This document shows, piece by piece, positions 17,918 through 28,075 of a stretch of DNA of 32,000 nucleotides; position 1 is the stretch's first letter; each line of letters opens with the position of its first letter. Under the pieces are notes generated by a model. The model saw only the letters and a list, made by a program, of their open reading frames with translations. It searched no databases and was not told the DNA's origin. The position numbers and the translations under genes are program-made. The DNA is taken from positions 2,010 through 34,009 of the forward strand of contig CAZMGA010000006.1 in NCBI GenBank assembly GCA_964565725.1. The letters are read 5' to 3'. Origin of the DNA: an uncultured archaeon. GTDB taxonomy: Archaea; Iainarchaeota; Iainarchaeia; Iainarchaeales; 0-14-0-20-30-16.

Positions 17918-18844
17918 ATGTTTGAAGGAAACCAAGATGATGTTGGTGCAATGCCAGATTTAGGCGCACCAGAAAAAAAGAATTTTTTTCAAAAAATATT
18001 TTCAAAAGGAGAAACTGCTATACCTATAATTTTAGTAGTAGTTTTGTTAATAGTATTAGTATTTGCTTTTGGCAATACAGATTATTCAAATATACCTTTA
18101 ATTGGAGGAGCAATAAAATCTATTGCTGGTGAAAAAATGTATAGTGTATTAGTTGTAGGTCAACCAGATGCTATAGCTATGTCTTCAATTTATGGTAATA
18201 ATGATTTTACAAAAAAATATCGTTTTGTATTTAAAAGTGAAAATGATGGTTCTTTAGAGAGATATCCAGAAAATACTTTAAATCAATATGATTTTATAAT
18301 TATAGATCAAACAGAATCAACAACTTCTGAAGGACAAAAAAGAACTTTACCTTATCAATTTACTAAAGCTATAACTAATTATGTAAAAGGCGGTAAAAGT
18401 GTAATGTTCGTAGGTAATTCAGGTCATTTAGCAACTAATTATGATGATGCTTATGGTTGGAAAGCAACTTATGGAAATATAGTTCCGATGGATTGTAGTG
18501 CAAGTTATAATTTAACTGCTCCTTGTGAGGAATATAGTAAAATTACTATTACAGGTGTTTTAGAAAATACTCATCAAAGTAATGTTTTAGATGGTATTGA
18601 ACAATTCCCTACAGTTGCACAAAAAGAAATGGGAGTTCCAGGAATTTCATTTTCTTTGTTTAATGTAAATTTAACAAATAATTCAAAAGAATGGATGTCT
18701 ATAAAAGATATAAGAACTAATATGTCTTATCCAGGAATATTAGTAAGTAATAGTATGTTAGGTGGAAAGGTAGTTTATTTATCATTCCAAGATTATGGTA
18801 GAATTCCAGATATAATGCAAAGATTGTTTACTTATTTACTTTAA
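17918..18844 (+). CDS. Membrane-anchored protein with extracytoplasmic Rossmann/GATase1-like domain
   Basis: One TM (AIPIILVVVLLIVLVFAFG), then YSVLVVGQP, YDFIIIDQTE, ITNYVKGGKSVMFVGNSGH. Ends VVYLSFQDYGRIPDIMQRLFTYLL. Confidence 0.6.
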   Translation: MFEGNQDDVGAMPDLGAPEKKNFFQKIFSKGETAIPIILVVVLLIVLVFAFGNTDYSNIPLIGGAIKSIAGEKMYSVLVVGQPDAIAMSSIYGNNDFTKKYRFVFKSENDGSLERYPENTLNQYDFIIIDQTESTTSEGQKRTLPYQFTKAITNYVKGGKSVMFVGNSGHLATNYDDAYGWKATYGNIVPMDCSASYNLTAPCEEYSKITITGVLENTHQSNVLDGIEQFPTVAQKEMGVPGISFSLFNVNLTNNSKEWMSIKDIRTNMSYPGILVSNSMLGGKVVYLSFQDYGRIPDIMQRLFTYLL

Positions 18845-18904
18845 ACAAATCTTTCCCCTTTTTTTATTTTTTTATTTTTAATTTAATATTTATAGTGGTT
18901 AAAT

Positions 18905-19963
18905 ATGTTTGATGGTGTTAGTTTAATAATTTATAATAATGCAAATATTCCTAATTGGATATTGTTTATAATAAATGTAATTGGTTTTTTAATTGCTTTA
19001 AAAATAGTTTATTTTGTATTAAAAGTAGTATTAAAATTAATTACTAAAAAAACAAAAAATAATTTTGATGATGAATTATTAAGAATAATTGAATATCCTT
19101 TAATAATTATTATATCTTTGTTTTTTTCAAAAATATCTCTATCTATTTTAGGATTATCAGATTCTGTTTTAAATATTATAAATATTATAATCAATATTTT
19201 ATTATTAGGAGTTATCACTTGGTTTTTATATTCTTTAATAAATGTTGTTTATCAAAATATATTAGTACCTATATCTAAAAGAAGTAAATCTAATTTAGAT
19301 GATAGGTTATATCCTCTTTTACGTAAAGTATTAAAAGTAATATTAATTTGTTTTAGTGTATTATATTTTTTTGATTTAGTAGGTATAAATATTACTCCCT
19401 TATTAGCTGGTGCAGGTATTGGTGGTGTAGCAATTGCTTTTGCTGCACAAAAAAGCATAAGTGATTTGTTTGGAGGAGTTTCAATTTTAGCTGATAAAGC
19501 TTATTTTGTAGGAGATAGAATAAAAGTAAATGATGTTATTGGAACAGTAGTTGATTTGGGATTAAGAAGTACAAAATTAAAAACTTTTGATGAAACAGTA
19601 ATAACTATACCTAATAGTGTTATGGCTGAAAGTAATATTGAAAATTTTAATAAAAATAATAAAGCAATAACTGTTAGAAATACAATAGGTTTAACTTATA
19701 ACACTTCTAATGAAAAATTAAACAAAGCTAAAAAAATAATAATAGATATATTATCTAAAAATGAACATGTTATTGATACTCCAGTTATTAATTTTACAAA
19801 TTTTAATGCTTTCTCTTTAGATTTGGCTTTATCTTTTAAAATTGATAATTTTGAAAATAAATCTATTGTTTTAGATAATATTAACATGAAAATTAAAGAA
19901 AAATTTGAAAAAGAAAAAATAGAATTTGCATATCCTTCTCAAACAATATATCTAAAAAAGTAA
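18905..19963 (+). CDS. Small-conductance mechanosensitive channel, MscS family
   Basis: LLAGAGIGGVAIAFAAQKSISDLFGGVSILADKAYFVGDRI, VIGTVVDLGLRSTKLKTFDETVITIPNSVMAESNIENF. Confidence 0.95.
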   Translation: MFDGVSLIIYNNANIPNWILFIINVIGFLIALKIVYFVLKVVLKLITKKTKNNFDDELLRIIEYPLIIIISLFFSKISLSILGLSDSVLNIINIIINILLLGVITWFLYSLINVVYQNILVPISKRSKSNLDDRLYPLLRKVLKVILICFSVLYFFDLVGINITPLLAGAGIGGVAIAFAAQKSISDLFGGVSILADKAYFVGDRIKVNDVIGTVVDLGLRSTKLKTFDETVITIPNSVMAESNIENFNKNNKAITVRNTIGLTYNTSNEKLNKAKKIIIDILSKNEHVIDTPVINFTNFNAFSLDLALSFKIDNFENKSIVLDNINMKIKEKFEKEKIEFAYPSQTIYLKK

Positions 19964-20034
19964 ATTTATATAGGTATGCGTATTATATAATTAATATTAA
20001 ATTTATTATTATTTAATTAAAGGGGTGTGTTTTT

Positions 20035-20349
20035 ATGAGTAAAAAAGAAATTAATGATTTAATTTTAAAGTATCAAAGAACAGGTAATTTAGATAAAGCT
20101 AGATGGTTAGAAACAATAGATAAGAGAATTCCATTATCTTTCAAAAAAAGAATAATTGAAAATGATAAAACTGTTTTAAGAGAATTAATATTGCCTAATT
20201 GGTTAACTTGGGAATTTTTGAGAGATTGGGCTATGGATGACGCTCAACAAGTTATATGTAGTGCTTGTGGTGAAAGAGTAACTGAATTTGTGCATTATAA
20301 ACAAATTAATCTTTGTAGAGAATGTTTAGAAAGTTTAACTAAGATGTAA
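20035..20349 (+). CDS. Small protein with C-terminal C4 zinc-finger-like motif
   Basis: VICSACGERVTEFVHYKQINLCRECLESL (CxxC...CxxC). Confidence 0.6.
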   Translation: MSKKEINDLILKYQRTGNLDKARWLETIDKRIPLSFKKRIIENDKTVLRELILPNWLTWEFLRDWAMDDAQQVICSACGERVTEFVHYKQINLCRECLESLTKM

Positions 20350-20350
20350 T

Positions 20351-21925
20351 ATGTACAAAAAAATAATTATTTTATTTCTTTTTTTATTTTTGTTTATATT
20401 ACCTGTATATTCTAATAGGATTACATATAATATAATTTCAGAAAATCCTAGTAGTACCCCTTATTTTATAGGCACATATATTAAAGATTTTTCAATTGGT
20501 TTTCAAGATGCTTATAATAAAACAGTAAATATGAATTTATCAAATTTATCTGTAAATTTTGGAGATAAAAAACAAATTTTTAAAAAAGAAAGTGATAATT
20601 TATATCATTTAAAAAATTTTTACATTACTTCAGATATTGTAAATAACAATAAATTAAATGTAGAAATAAAAACAACTTTATCAAAAGAATATCAAAATAT
20701 AAGTAATACTTATTTATTAGAAAATATTTCTAATATTATAAAAACTGATTTTGATTCTGAAAAATATAATAAATTAACATTAGGGGAAACAATAAATTTA
20801 AGTTTTAATTATGATAATTTAAACAATAAAATATCTAATATGAGTTGTTTATTAAATAATGTTTACGAGTTCAATTGTAATAATAAAGCATGTAATTATA
20901 ATTATGTTGTTGAAAATGAAGAATCAATATTAATTACTTGTACATTTCAAAAGTTAGAAAATAATATTAATAAAAAATATCCTTTAAGTTATAAAATAAA
21001 TCCTGTTTTTATTGAAGGAATAAAATTGTCTAATATAATTAATCCTAAAAATGGAGTAATATATAATCCTTTTGAGGTTTGTTTTTCTGTTAAATATAAT
21101 AGTGATCATCAATTAACTGAATATGGTGTTTTTAAATTTTATTTTAATAATAAAGAAATAGATTATTATCAAAAAGATAATTATTTTTGTTTTAATGAAT
21201 TTTTAATTCCTTTAACTAATTTAAAAGGTAATATGAAATTTAATTATTTAAATAAAGATTATGAGTATCCTATTGATATAAAATTAAAATTTGGTCCTTA
21301 TTGGATTGGTTTTATTATAATTTTATTATTATTTATCTCTGTAAATATTATATTAATTGTTTTAAATGTTAACAATAAAGAAGATTTAGATTCATTAGTT
21401 AAGAAAAGAGATTTATATAATACTAAATTAAAATTAGTAAAAGAAAGATATTTAAAAGGAGAAATAAATAAAAAAGAGTTTCAAAAAGATTTAGAAGAAT
21501 ATACTATAAAAATATCTTGGTTAAATGAAAAAATAATTTACAGTAAAAATTTAAGTAGTTCTAATTATGATGTTGAAAAAATTAAAAAAGAAGCATCTAA
21601 AGAATTATTAGGTATAATTAATGCAAAACCTCAAGTTATTAAAACAGAAGTAAATGAAAATATATCTGAAAATAAAGAATTAACATTAGAAGAAACAGAA
21701 ATAAAGGATATTCCAAAGTATACATTAAAAGAAAGAATTAAAGAAAATTTTGAAAACATTCTTTCTAAAATCAAAAATTTGTTTAAACCTAAAAAACCAT
21801 TACAGAAAGAACAATTAAAAAATGATGTTGAAGCATTTGACATCAAAGTAGAAGATGATAATGAATTAAAAGAATTAATTAAATCAAATAAAAATGATTT
21901 TAATATTAAAGATTGGGAAAAGTAA
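20351..21925 (+). CDS. Secreted/membrane protein: signal segment, extracellular beta domains, one TM, cytoplasmic SHOCT-like helix pair
   Basis: N-terminal hydrophobic signal; TM PYWIGFIIILLLFISVNIILIV; cytoplasmic KERYLKGEINKKEFQKDLEEY resembles SHOCT-like motifs. Confidence 0.6.
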   Translation: MYKKIIILFLFLFLFILPVYSNRITYNIISENPSSTPYFIGTYIKDFSIGFQDAYNKTVNMNLSNLSVNFGDKKQIFKKESDNLYHLKNFYITSDIVNNNKLNVEIKTTLSKEYQNISNTYLLENISNIIKTDFDSEKYNKLTLGETINLSFNYDNLNNKISNMSCLLNNVYEFNCNNKACNYNYVVENEESILITCTFQKLENNINKKYPLSYKINPVFIEGIKLSNIINPKNGVIYNPFEVCFSVKYNSDHQLTEYGVFKFYFNNKEIDYYQKDNYFCFNEFLIPLTNLKGNMKFNYLNKDYEYPIDIKLKFGPYWIGFIIILLLFISVNIILIVLNVNNKEDLDSLVKKRDLYNTKLKLVKERYLKGEINKKEFQKDLEEYTIKISWLNEKIIYSKNLSSSNYDVEKIKKEASKELLGIINAKPQVIKTEVNENISENKELTLEETEIKDIPKYTLKERIKENFENILSKIKNLFKPKKPLQKEQLKNDVEAFDIKVEDDNELKELIKSNKNDFNIKDWEK

Positions 21926-21952
21926 TAAAAACTTTATTATGGAGATATATTT

Positions 21953-22144
21953 ATGGCTATTAAAGATTTCTTAAAAAAATTAGTACCTAAAGTAGGAGAA
22001 GAACCAAAAGAAAGTGTTCCTGAAAATAATGGTGAAAATTGTGCTTATTGTCAAGGAAATAATCCTGATAAAAAATGGATGGGTCAATTATGGCATAAGG
22101 ATTGTTTAAGAAAAGCAAAAAAAATGGCTAAAAAGATGATCTAA
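21953..22144 (+). CDS. Small zinc-binding protein
   Basis: ENCAYCQGNNPDKKWMGQLWHKDCLRK (CxxC...HxxC) with Lys-rich tail. Confidence 0.6.
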   Translation: MAIKDFLKKLVPKVGEEPKESVPENNGENCAYCQGNNPDKKWMGQLWHKDCLRKAKKMAKKMI

Positions 22145-22423
22145 ATGGGATTTGATTTCAAAAAAATTTTAAAACCAATTCAAGATATAACAGATAAGTT
22201 TTGGGCTTTTACAACAAAAAGTGCATCTATATTTATAGCATTACTTTTTGTAATATTTTCTTTGGGTGCAATTTATGGTTATATAATTGCTTTACATAGT
22301 TTTTTTATTCCTAGTATAATATTATTATTAATAATCCCGCCTGGTTTAGGATTAATTGCTTATTATAATAGAGCTTTTGCTACAATATTATTTATTTTAT
22401 TATTAATTTTTATTTTTATTTAA
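22145..22423 (+). CDS. Small membrane protein
   Basis: ATG immediately after the preceding TAA; three hydrophobic segments. Confidence 0.55.
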   Translation: MGFDFKKILKPIQDITDKFWAFTTKSASIFIALLFVIFSLGAIYGYIIALHSFFIPSIILLLIIPPGLGLIAYYNRAFATILFILLLIFIFI

Positions 22424-24801
22424 TTTTTTATAATTATATTTTCAACAAATAATATTTTGTTAATTGCTTCTTTTTCATTATTATTTAAAGAATAATTACC
22501 TTCAATAGTTATTTCTTTTATTGGTTCTTTCATAGATAATTGATTTTGACTTTTGTATTTTCTTATGTAGGATATTATTTCTTTGAAATCTTCACCTTTT
22601 TTAATATAATCTAAATTTATGTTATCATATTCTTGTATAGGTACAAAACAAATAGATTTTTCATTGTTATATTTTTCAAATAATCTTTTATAAACATCTT
22701 CACATACAAAAGGTAAAAATATAGATAATTGATTTATAATTTCAAAACTTATTTTATAAATTGTATTTGCTAATTCTTCTTTTTCTTCTTTTGAACCATT
22801 ATAAAATCTATATTTTATAAATTCTAAATAATTATCGCAAAAGTCAATATAAAAAAAGTCTCTTAATCTTTGTATGGTGTGAGTATAATCATATTTTTGC
22901 ATATCTAAATTATTATCATTAGTAATTTTATATAATTTATTTAATATCCATAAATCTATAAAATTTTTAGATTCAATATTAGGAATACTTTCAAAATCTT
23001 TTAATACTAATTCAACAAAGTTCATAGAGTTTATTAATTTAACAATCATCTTTTTTCCTGCTAACAATTCTTGTTCTGAATAAGGAATGTCTTCACCTAA
23101 AGTTACTTGTGCACACCAATATCTAAATGGATCTTTACCAAAGTTATCTACTACTTTTATAGGATCAATTCCATTACCTTTACTTTTAGACATTTTATTT
23201 CCTTGACTATCTAAAACGTGTCCATGAACTAATAAATTGTTCCAAGGTAATTTATTTGTGTGATATAAACTTTTTACAATTGTATTAAATGCCCATAATG
23301 TTATAATATCGTGGCCTTGTGGTCTAAAACTCATAGGTATACTTTTAGAAGTATCTTTTTCAGGCCAGCCCATATTTATTAAAGGTGTTAATGCTGATGT
23401 AGACCAAGTGTCCATAATATTTTTATCTGGTATAAATTCATTACAACCACAATCACAATTTTTATTTGGTTGTGTTTCTTCTGGATATATTGGTAAATCT
23501 TCATATTCTGCAAAAATTGGTTTTCCACAATTTTTACAATACCATACAGGAAAAGGAACTCCAGAATATCTTTGTCTTGATATACACCAATTCCATTGTA
23601 AATTTTTTACCCAATTGTCATATCTTACTTTCATATAACGAGGTACCCAATTAATTTTTTCAGCTTCTGTTATAAAATAGTCTTTATCATCTAAATAATT
23701 TACATACCATTGATCAGTAACAATTATTTCTACTGCTGTTCCACATCTTTCATGACAATTTACTATATGTTTTAAAGGTTTTTGATTAATTAATAAGTTT
23801 TCTTTTTTTAAGTCTTCAATTATTTCTTTTCTTGCATCTAATATTTTCATATTCTCATATTTACCACAAATAGATGTCATTCGTCCATGTTTAGATATTG
23901 CTTCTTTTAATTCTAATTTATAACTTTTGTACCATTCCATATCTGTTTGATCTCCAAAGGTACAACACATTACTATTCCAGTTCCTTTATCTATAGCAAC
24001 TCTATTATCTGAATATATTTTTACCCAATGATTAAATAAAGGTACTTGTGCTTTTTTTCCTATTAATTCTTTATATCTGTTATCATCAGGATTTACAAAT
24101 ATTGCTACGCAAGCTGGTAAAAACTCAGGCCTAGTTGTTGCAATAATAATTTCTTTGCCATTTTCCAATTTAAAAATTAAATCATTAAAATAAGTATCTT
24201 TTTCTATATCTTCTAATTCTGCTTGACTTATTGCAGTTTGACAATTAGTACACCATAATATAGGCCCTTTTTCTAAATAAACCTTATTTTTTTTATATAA
24301 ATCTAAAAAAGAATATTGTGATACTTTAATTACTTCTGGGCTAATTGTTCTGTATAATAAATCCCAATCACAACTTAAACCTAAACTTTTAAAATCATCA
24401 ATAATTAATTCTTCTGCTTTTTTTGTATTTTCTAAACAAATCTTAACAAATTCTGATTTTTCTAAATCTTTTGCTCTTACATTTGCATTTTTTTCTGCTA
24501 ATAATTCTGTAGGTATTCCATTATCATCTAAACCAAAAGGATAAAATATATTATATCCCTTTTTTCTATAATATCTCACTATAAAATCAGCTATAGTATA
24601 ACCATAAGCATGACCTATATGCATTCTTCCAGAAACTGTTGGTGGTGGAGTATCTACACTAAATATTGGTTTTTTATCCTCTTTATAACTAAATAGTTTT
24701 TCTTTTTCCCAAAAAGTCCAAATATCTTTTTCTGTTTCTTTATAATCTTTTTTTTGTATTGTAATTTTGTCTTTTTCTGTTTTTTCTAAATTATTGTTCA
24801 T
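22420..24801 (-). CDS. valS: Valyl-tRNA synthetase
   Basis: VDTPPPTVSGRMHIGHAYGYTIADFIVRY, HIGH and KMSKSKGNGIDP motifs, IIATTRPEFLPACVAIFVNP, NWCISRQRYSGVPFPVWYC. Confidence 0.95.
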   Translation of the reverse strand: MNNNLEKTEKDKITIQKKDYKETEKDIWTFWEKEKLFSYKEDKKPIFSVDTPPPTVSGRMHIGHAYGYTIADFIVRYYRKKGYNIFYPFGLDDNGIPTELLAEKNANVRAKDLEKSEFVKICLENTKKAEELIIDDFKSLGLSCDWDLLYRTISPEVIKVSQYSFLDLYKKNKVYLEKGPILWCTNCQTAISQAELEDIEKDTYFNDLIFKLENGKEIIIATTRPEFLPACVAIFVNPDDNRYKELIGKKAQVPLFNHWVKIYSDNRVAIDKGTGIVMCCTFGDQTDMEWYKSYKLELKEAISKHGRMTSICGKYENMKILDARKEIIEDLKKENLLINQKPLKHIVNCHERCGTAVEIIVTDQWYVNYLDDKDYFITEAEKINWVPRYMKVRYDNWVKNLQWNWCISRQRYSGVPFPVWYCKNCGKPIFAEYEDLPIYPEETQPNKNCDCGCNEFIPDKNIMDTWSTSALTPLINMGWPEKDTSKSIPMSFRPQGHDIITLWAFNTIVKSLYHTNKLPWNNLLVHGHVLDSQGNKMSKSKGNGIDPIKVVDNFGKDPFRYWCAQVTLGEDIPYSEQELLAGKKMIVKLINSMNFVELVLKDFESIPNIESKNFIDLWILNKLYKITNDNNLDMQKYDYTHTIQRLRDFFYIDFCDNYLEFIKYRFYNGSKEEKEELANTIYKISFEIINQLSIFLPFVCEDVYKRLFEKYNNEKSICFVPIQEYDNINLDYIKKGEDFKEIISYIRKYKSQNQLSMKEPIKEITIEGNYSLNNNEKEAINKILFVENIIIKN

Positions 24802-24975
24802 TCTTCCACCATTTTTAAATTTTATTTATAAGTTTATTATAATATAAATTAATTAAATAACAAATAAAATATAATATTTTACATTTTAATAATAAATATT
24901 ATTAATAACTATATATAAAGTTTATGTGTTTTAAATTAATATGAATAATTAATTATATTTAGTATTTTATTAGTG

Positions 24976-26427
24976 ATGTATATGAATGAATTAAATAATT
25001 TAGCATTAAGAAGGAATATTATTTTTCCATGTAATGAAATTTATCCTAATAGTCCTGCTGGATTTTATGATTACGGCCCAATTGGTTTAAAAATAAAAAA
25101 TAATTTAATAAATTTTTGGAGAAAAGAATTTTTAGAGGATTTAAATGCTTTAGAAATTGATGGTTGTCAAATACTTCCAGAACCAATTTTTAAAGCATCA
25201 GGACATTTAGATGGTTTTTTTGATCCTGTTTTAAAATGTTCAAAATGTGGTTTGTTTTATAGAGCCGATAAATTTTTAGAAAGTAAAAATATAGTTATAG
25301 GTGAAAAAACACCTTTAAATGAAATAGATTCTATAATTAAAGACAATAATTTAAATTGTGAAAAATGTAAATCCCATTTTGAAAAAGCATTTCATTCTAG
25401 TTTAATGTTTGATTTAAATATTGGAACTAATAAAGATAAAGGATATTTGAGACCCGAAGCTTGTCAGAACATATTTTTAGATTTTTTGAGAATTTATAAA
25501 GGTTCTAGAAGAAATTTACCTTTGCCTATAGCTCAAATTGGTAAAGCGTTTAGAAATGAAATAAGCCCTAGAAATGGAATAATAAGAGGTAGGGAATTCA
25601 CTCAAATGGATATAGAAGTGTTTTTTGATCCTTCAGAAATTAATAATTTTGATTATTCTAAATATTTAGATTTAGAATTGCCAGTTTATTTATTAAATGG
25701 CAAAGACCAAGAATTTATTAAAATAAAAGACTTAATTAATAGCAAGAAATTAAATTATGGTGTAGAAATTTATTACATTATTAAAGAATATTTATTTTTT
25801 GTAAAAATGGGCATAACTAAAGAAAAAATGAGATTCAAAGAAGTATCTATAGAAGATAGACCGTTTTATTCTTTAACTACATGGGACTTTGAAGTATACG
25901 TAAAGGATTTAGGTTGGGTTGAACTAGTTGCTAATAATTATAGAACTGATCATGATTTAAAAGGTCATCAAGAAGTATCTAAAACAAAATTAGAAGTAAT
26001 TAGTAATGATAAAAAAGTATTGCCACACGTTTTTGAAATTTCTATGGGTACAGATAGAATATTATATTCTTTATTAGCTAATAATTTAGAAGGTAATGAT
26101 GAAAAGTTAGTTTTAAAGTTAAATGAATACATTACGCCTTATCATTTAGCAATATTTCCTTTGGTAAATAAAGATGGATTAGATAATATTGCTAAAAACA
26201 TATATAATTTATTAAATAAGCATTATTCTGTAATTTATGATGATAAGGGTAGTATTGGTAAGAGATATGCTAGAGTAGATGAAATAGGAGTAAGATATTG
26301 TTTAACTGTTGATTTTGAGTCGAAAGAAAAAAATACTATAACTATAAGAGATTCTTGGACTACTAAACAAGAAATAATTAACATTTCTGAAATAGAAGAT
26401 TTTTTGGTAAAAAAATTTAAAAATTAA
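24976..26427 (+). CDS. glyS: Glycyl-tRNA synthetase (alpha2 type)
   Basis: GFYDYGPIGLKIKNNLINFWRKEFL, LRPEACQNIFLDF, IGKAFRNEISPRNGIIRGREFTQMDIEVF. Confidence 0.95.
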   Translation: MYMNELNNLALRRNIIFPCNEIYPNSPAGFYDYGPIGLKIKNNLINFWRKEFLEDLNALEIDGCQILPEPIFKASGHLDGFFDPVLKCSKCGLFYRADKFLESKNIVIGEKTPLNEIDSIIKDNNLNCEKCKSHFEKAFHSSLMFDLNIGTNKDKGYLRPEACQNIFLDFLRIYKGSRRNLPLPIAQIGKAFRNEISPRNGIIRGREFTQMDIEVFFDPSEINNFDYSKYLDLELPVYLLNGKDQEFIKIKDLINSKKLNYGVEIYYIIKEYLFFVKMGITKEKMRFKEVSIEDRPFYSLTTWDFEVYVKDLGWVELVANNYRTDHDLKGHQEVSKTKLEVISNDKKVLPHVFEISMGTDRILYSLLANNLEGNDEKLVLKLNEYITPYHLAIFPLVNKDGLDNIAKNIYNLLNKHYSVIYDDKGSIGKRYARVDEIGVRYCLTVDFESKEKNTITIRDSWTTKQEIINISEIEDFLVKKFKN

Positions 26428-26574
26428 TAATAAATTACGGTAATTATTTTAAAGGAAAACGTTAAAAAACTTAATAGTAATTACTTTTTTGTTAAGAAAA
26501 AGTAATAAAAAACATTAAAAAGTTAAAAAAGTTAAATAAGTTTTTTTTAAATAAACTCATATTATTATAGTATA

Positions 26575-26670
26575 AGAAACTCTTATTAAAAGGGTTTTCC
26601 TTCCGACTCTAAAACATTGTGTAAAAGGGGAGCTAAACTGTTGCAACAGGTCCCTGGCTTCCCTAAAAAA
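26575..26670 (+). ncRNA. Candidate structured small RNA or structured 5' leader
   Basis: GC-rich island in a ~20% GC background. Stem GGGGAGC (26627-26633)/GCTTCCC (26657-26663, one G-U pair) encloses CTGTTGCAACAG (26638-26649). An AT-rich TATA-like element (TTTTAAATAAA) lies about 25-30 bp upstream. Strand uncertain. Confidence 0.5.
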
Positions 26671-26716
26671 ACAAATTTTGTAGATTTATTTATAATCATA
26701 TAAGTTATATTTATTT

Positions 26717-28075
26717 ATGCCAAAAAGCAAGCCTAAAGAAATCAATAGAAGAAAAGAAGAAATAAAAATAAAAAAGTCTACAAAGATAAAAGTAGATATA
26801 AAATCTAGTTTTAAAGAGAATTTAGAGTTAATATCAAAAAGGTTGTCTATTGATAAAAATTTGAATGTATTTAATTCTAAATTAATAAAAGATTATTTAG
26901 ATTTTTCAAAATCTATAGGTATTAGAGAATTAGATGCTAAAAAAATATTATTTGATTCTATTTTTGATAAAATTAAACATAATTCAATACTTTTAGATAA
27001 GCTACATAACTATTTTAAAGAGTTTGTTAATAAAGATGTTTTATTTAGGCTTCATATAATTAATAATTACTTAAAAAATAAAAATTATAAAATTGTAGAA
27101 GAATTATTATTAAAAACTTTTAGTAGGTTTAATTTAAGGATAGAAAATAGCGATTTAATTCCAATTTTGCAAAGTGTAAATTATTTTCATATCTTATTGT
27201 CAGAATATAAAGTAAATGAATTAATAATTAAGGCTTATACTGGCACAATTAATAAATTAAATAGTTCATTAAAAAAATTAAATCTTTCTGAAGAATATAA
27301 AAATAAAATAAATGAATTAAATAATAAAATTTTAGATATCTTCTCTAAAAATTATAATGAATTATCTTTAGAAAAACTAAAAAAAGAGGTATACATAAAT
27401 GAAGATTTATATAAACAAGGTAAAATGACTATTACTGAATATGAAGGTTTTATATTAGATACTTTTTCAATTGCTAATAAATTAGGCTTAAATAAGTTTG
27501 CTTTTCAAATATTAAAGAAATTATCTAAGAATTATAAAAACGAATTGTTAATAACGCTTTTAAACGCAGAATCAGGTAATTTTGAATTGGCATTTAAAAA
27601 TTTAAATAGATTAAAAAGTAATCCTACTTTTAAAGAAGAATTATATTTTAATATAAAAGAAATATTAATTTCTCATGTAAATACAAAAAATAATTTTGCT
27701 ATTGAAAGATTATATAAATTTGTGAACTTAATTTTTAATAAATATATCCCTATTGATATTGAAGCACATTTTTTTGATGCTTTTTTGAATACTAATAATT
27801 TTGAATATTATTTTGTAAGTATAAAAAGATTTAAGAAAAATATGTTATTAGAATCAGATGGTTTAGATGGTTTAATAGATGAGTGTTTTTCTTCTTATTT
27901 TAAAGCTTATGATAAATTTAAAGATCCAGCTATAAAAAATATTTTAGTTAAAGAATTATTAAATTTAAAAGAAATTACTAGTAATTCAGGTAATATTTCA
28001 CCTTATGTCAAAAATCATTTGAAACATCTACAAGAACTTTTACAAGAACTTATTGAATTAAGAAAAGCTAATTAA
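26717..28075 (+). CDS. Hypothetical alpha-helical repeat (TPR-like) protein with basic N-terminus
   Basis: 452-aa ORF, basic N-terminus MPKSKPKEINRRKEEIKIKKSTKIK, then all-helical text. No family recognised. Confidence 0.65.
   Translation: MPKSKPKEINRRKEEIKIKKSTKIKVDIKSSFKENLELISKRLSIDKNLNVFNSKLIKDYLDFSKSIGIRELDAKKILFDSIFDKIKHNSILLDKLHNYFKEFVNKDVLFRLHIINNYLKNKNYKIVEELLLKTFSRFNLRIENSDLIPILQSVNYFHILLSEYKVNELIIKAYTGTINKLNSSLKKLNLSEEYKNKINELNNKILDIFSKNYNELSLEKLKKEVYINEDLYKQGKMTITEYEGFILDTFSIANKLGLNKFAFQILKKLSKNYKNELLITLLNAESGNFELAFKNLNRLKSNPTFKEELYFNIKEILISHVNTKNNFAIERLYKFVNLIFNKYIPIDIEAHFFDAFLNTNNFEYYFVSIKRFKKNMLLESDGLDGLIDECFSSYFKAYDKFKDPAIKNILVKELLNLKEITSNSGNISPYVKNHLKHLQELLQELIELRKAN

Noticed and set aside
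26605-26616. GACTCTAAAA resembling the tRNA-Pyl (CUA anticodon) anticodon arm
   Set aside because: Flanking bases do not form an anticodon stem, no T-arm or acceptor pairing is present, and TAG is used as a normal stop by several genes here.
26627-26663. tRNA or split-tRNA half
   Set aside because: The 7-bp stem looks acceptor-like, but no GGTTCRA T-loop, D-arm or anticodon arm fits on either strand.
26627-26663. Simple bidirectional terminator for glyS
   Set aside because: It lies about 200 bp beyond glyS and, on the plus strand, is followed by an A-run rather than a U-run. A minus-strand terminator is possible but there is no minus-strand gene close by. Kept as RNA candidate with strand uncertainty.
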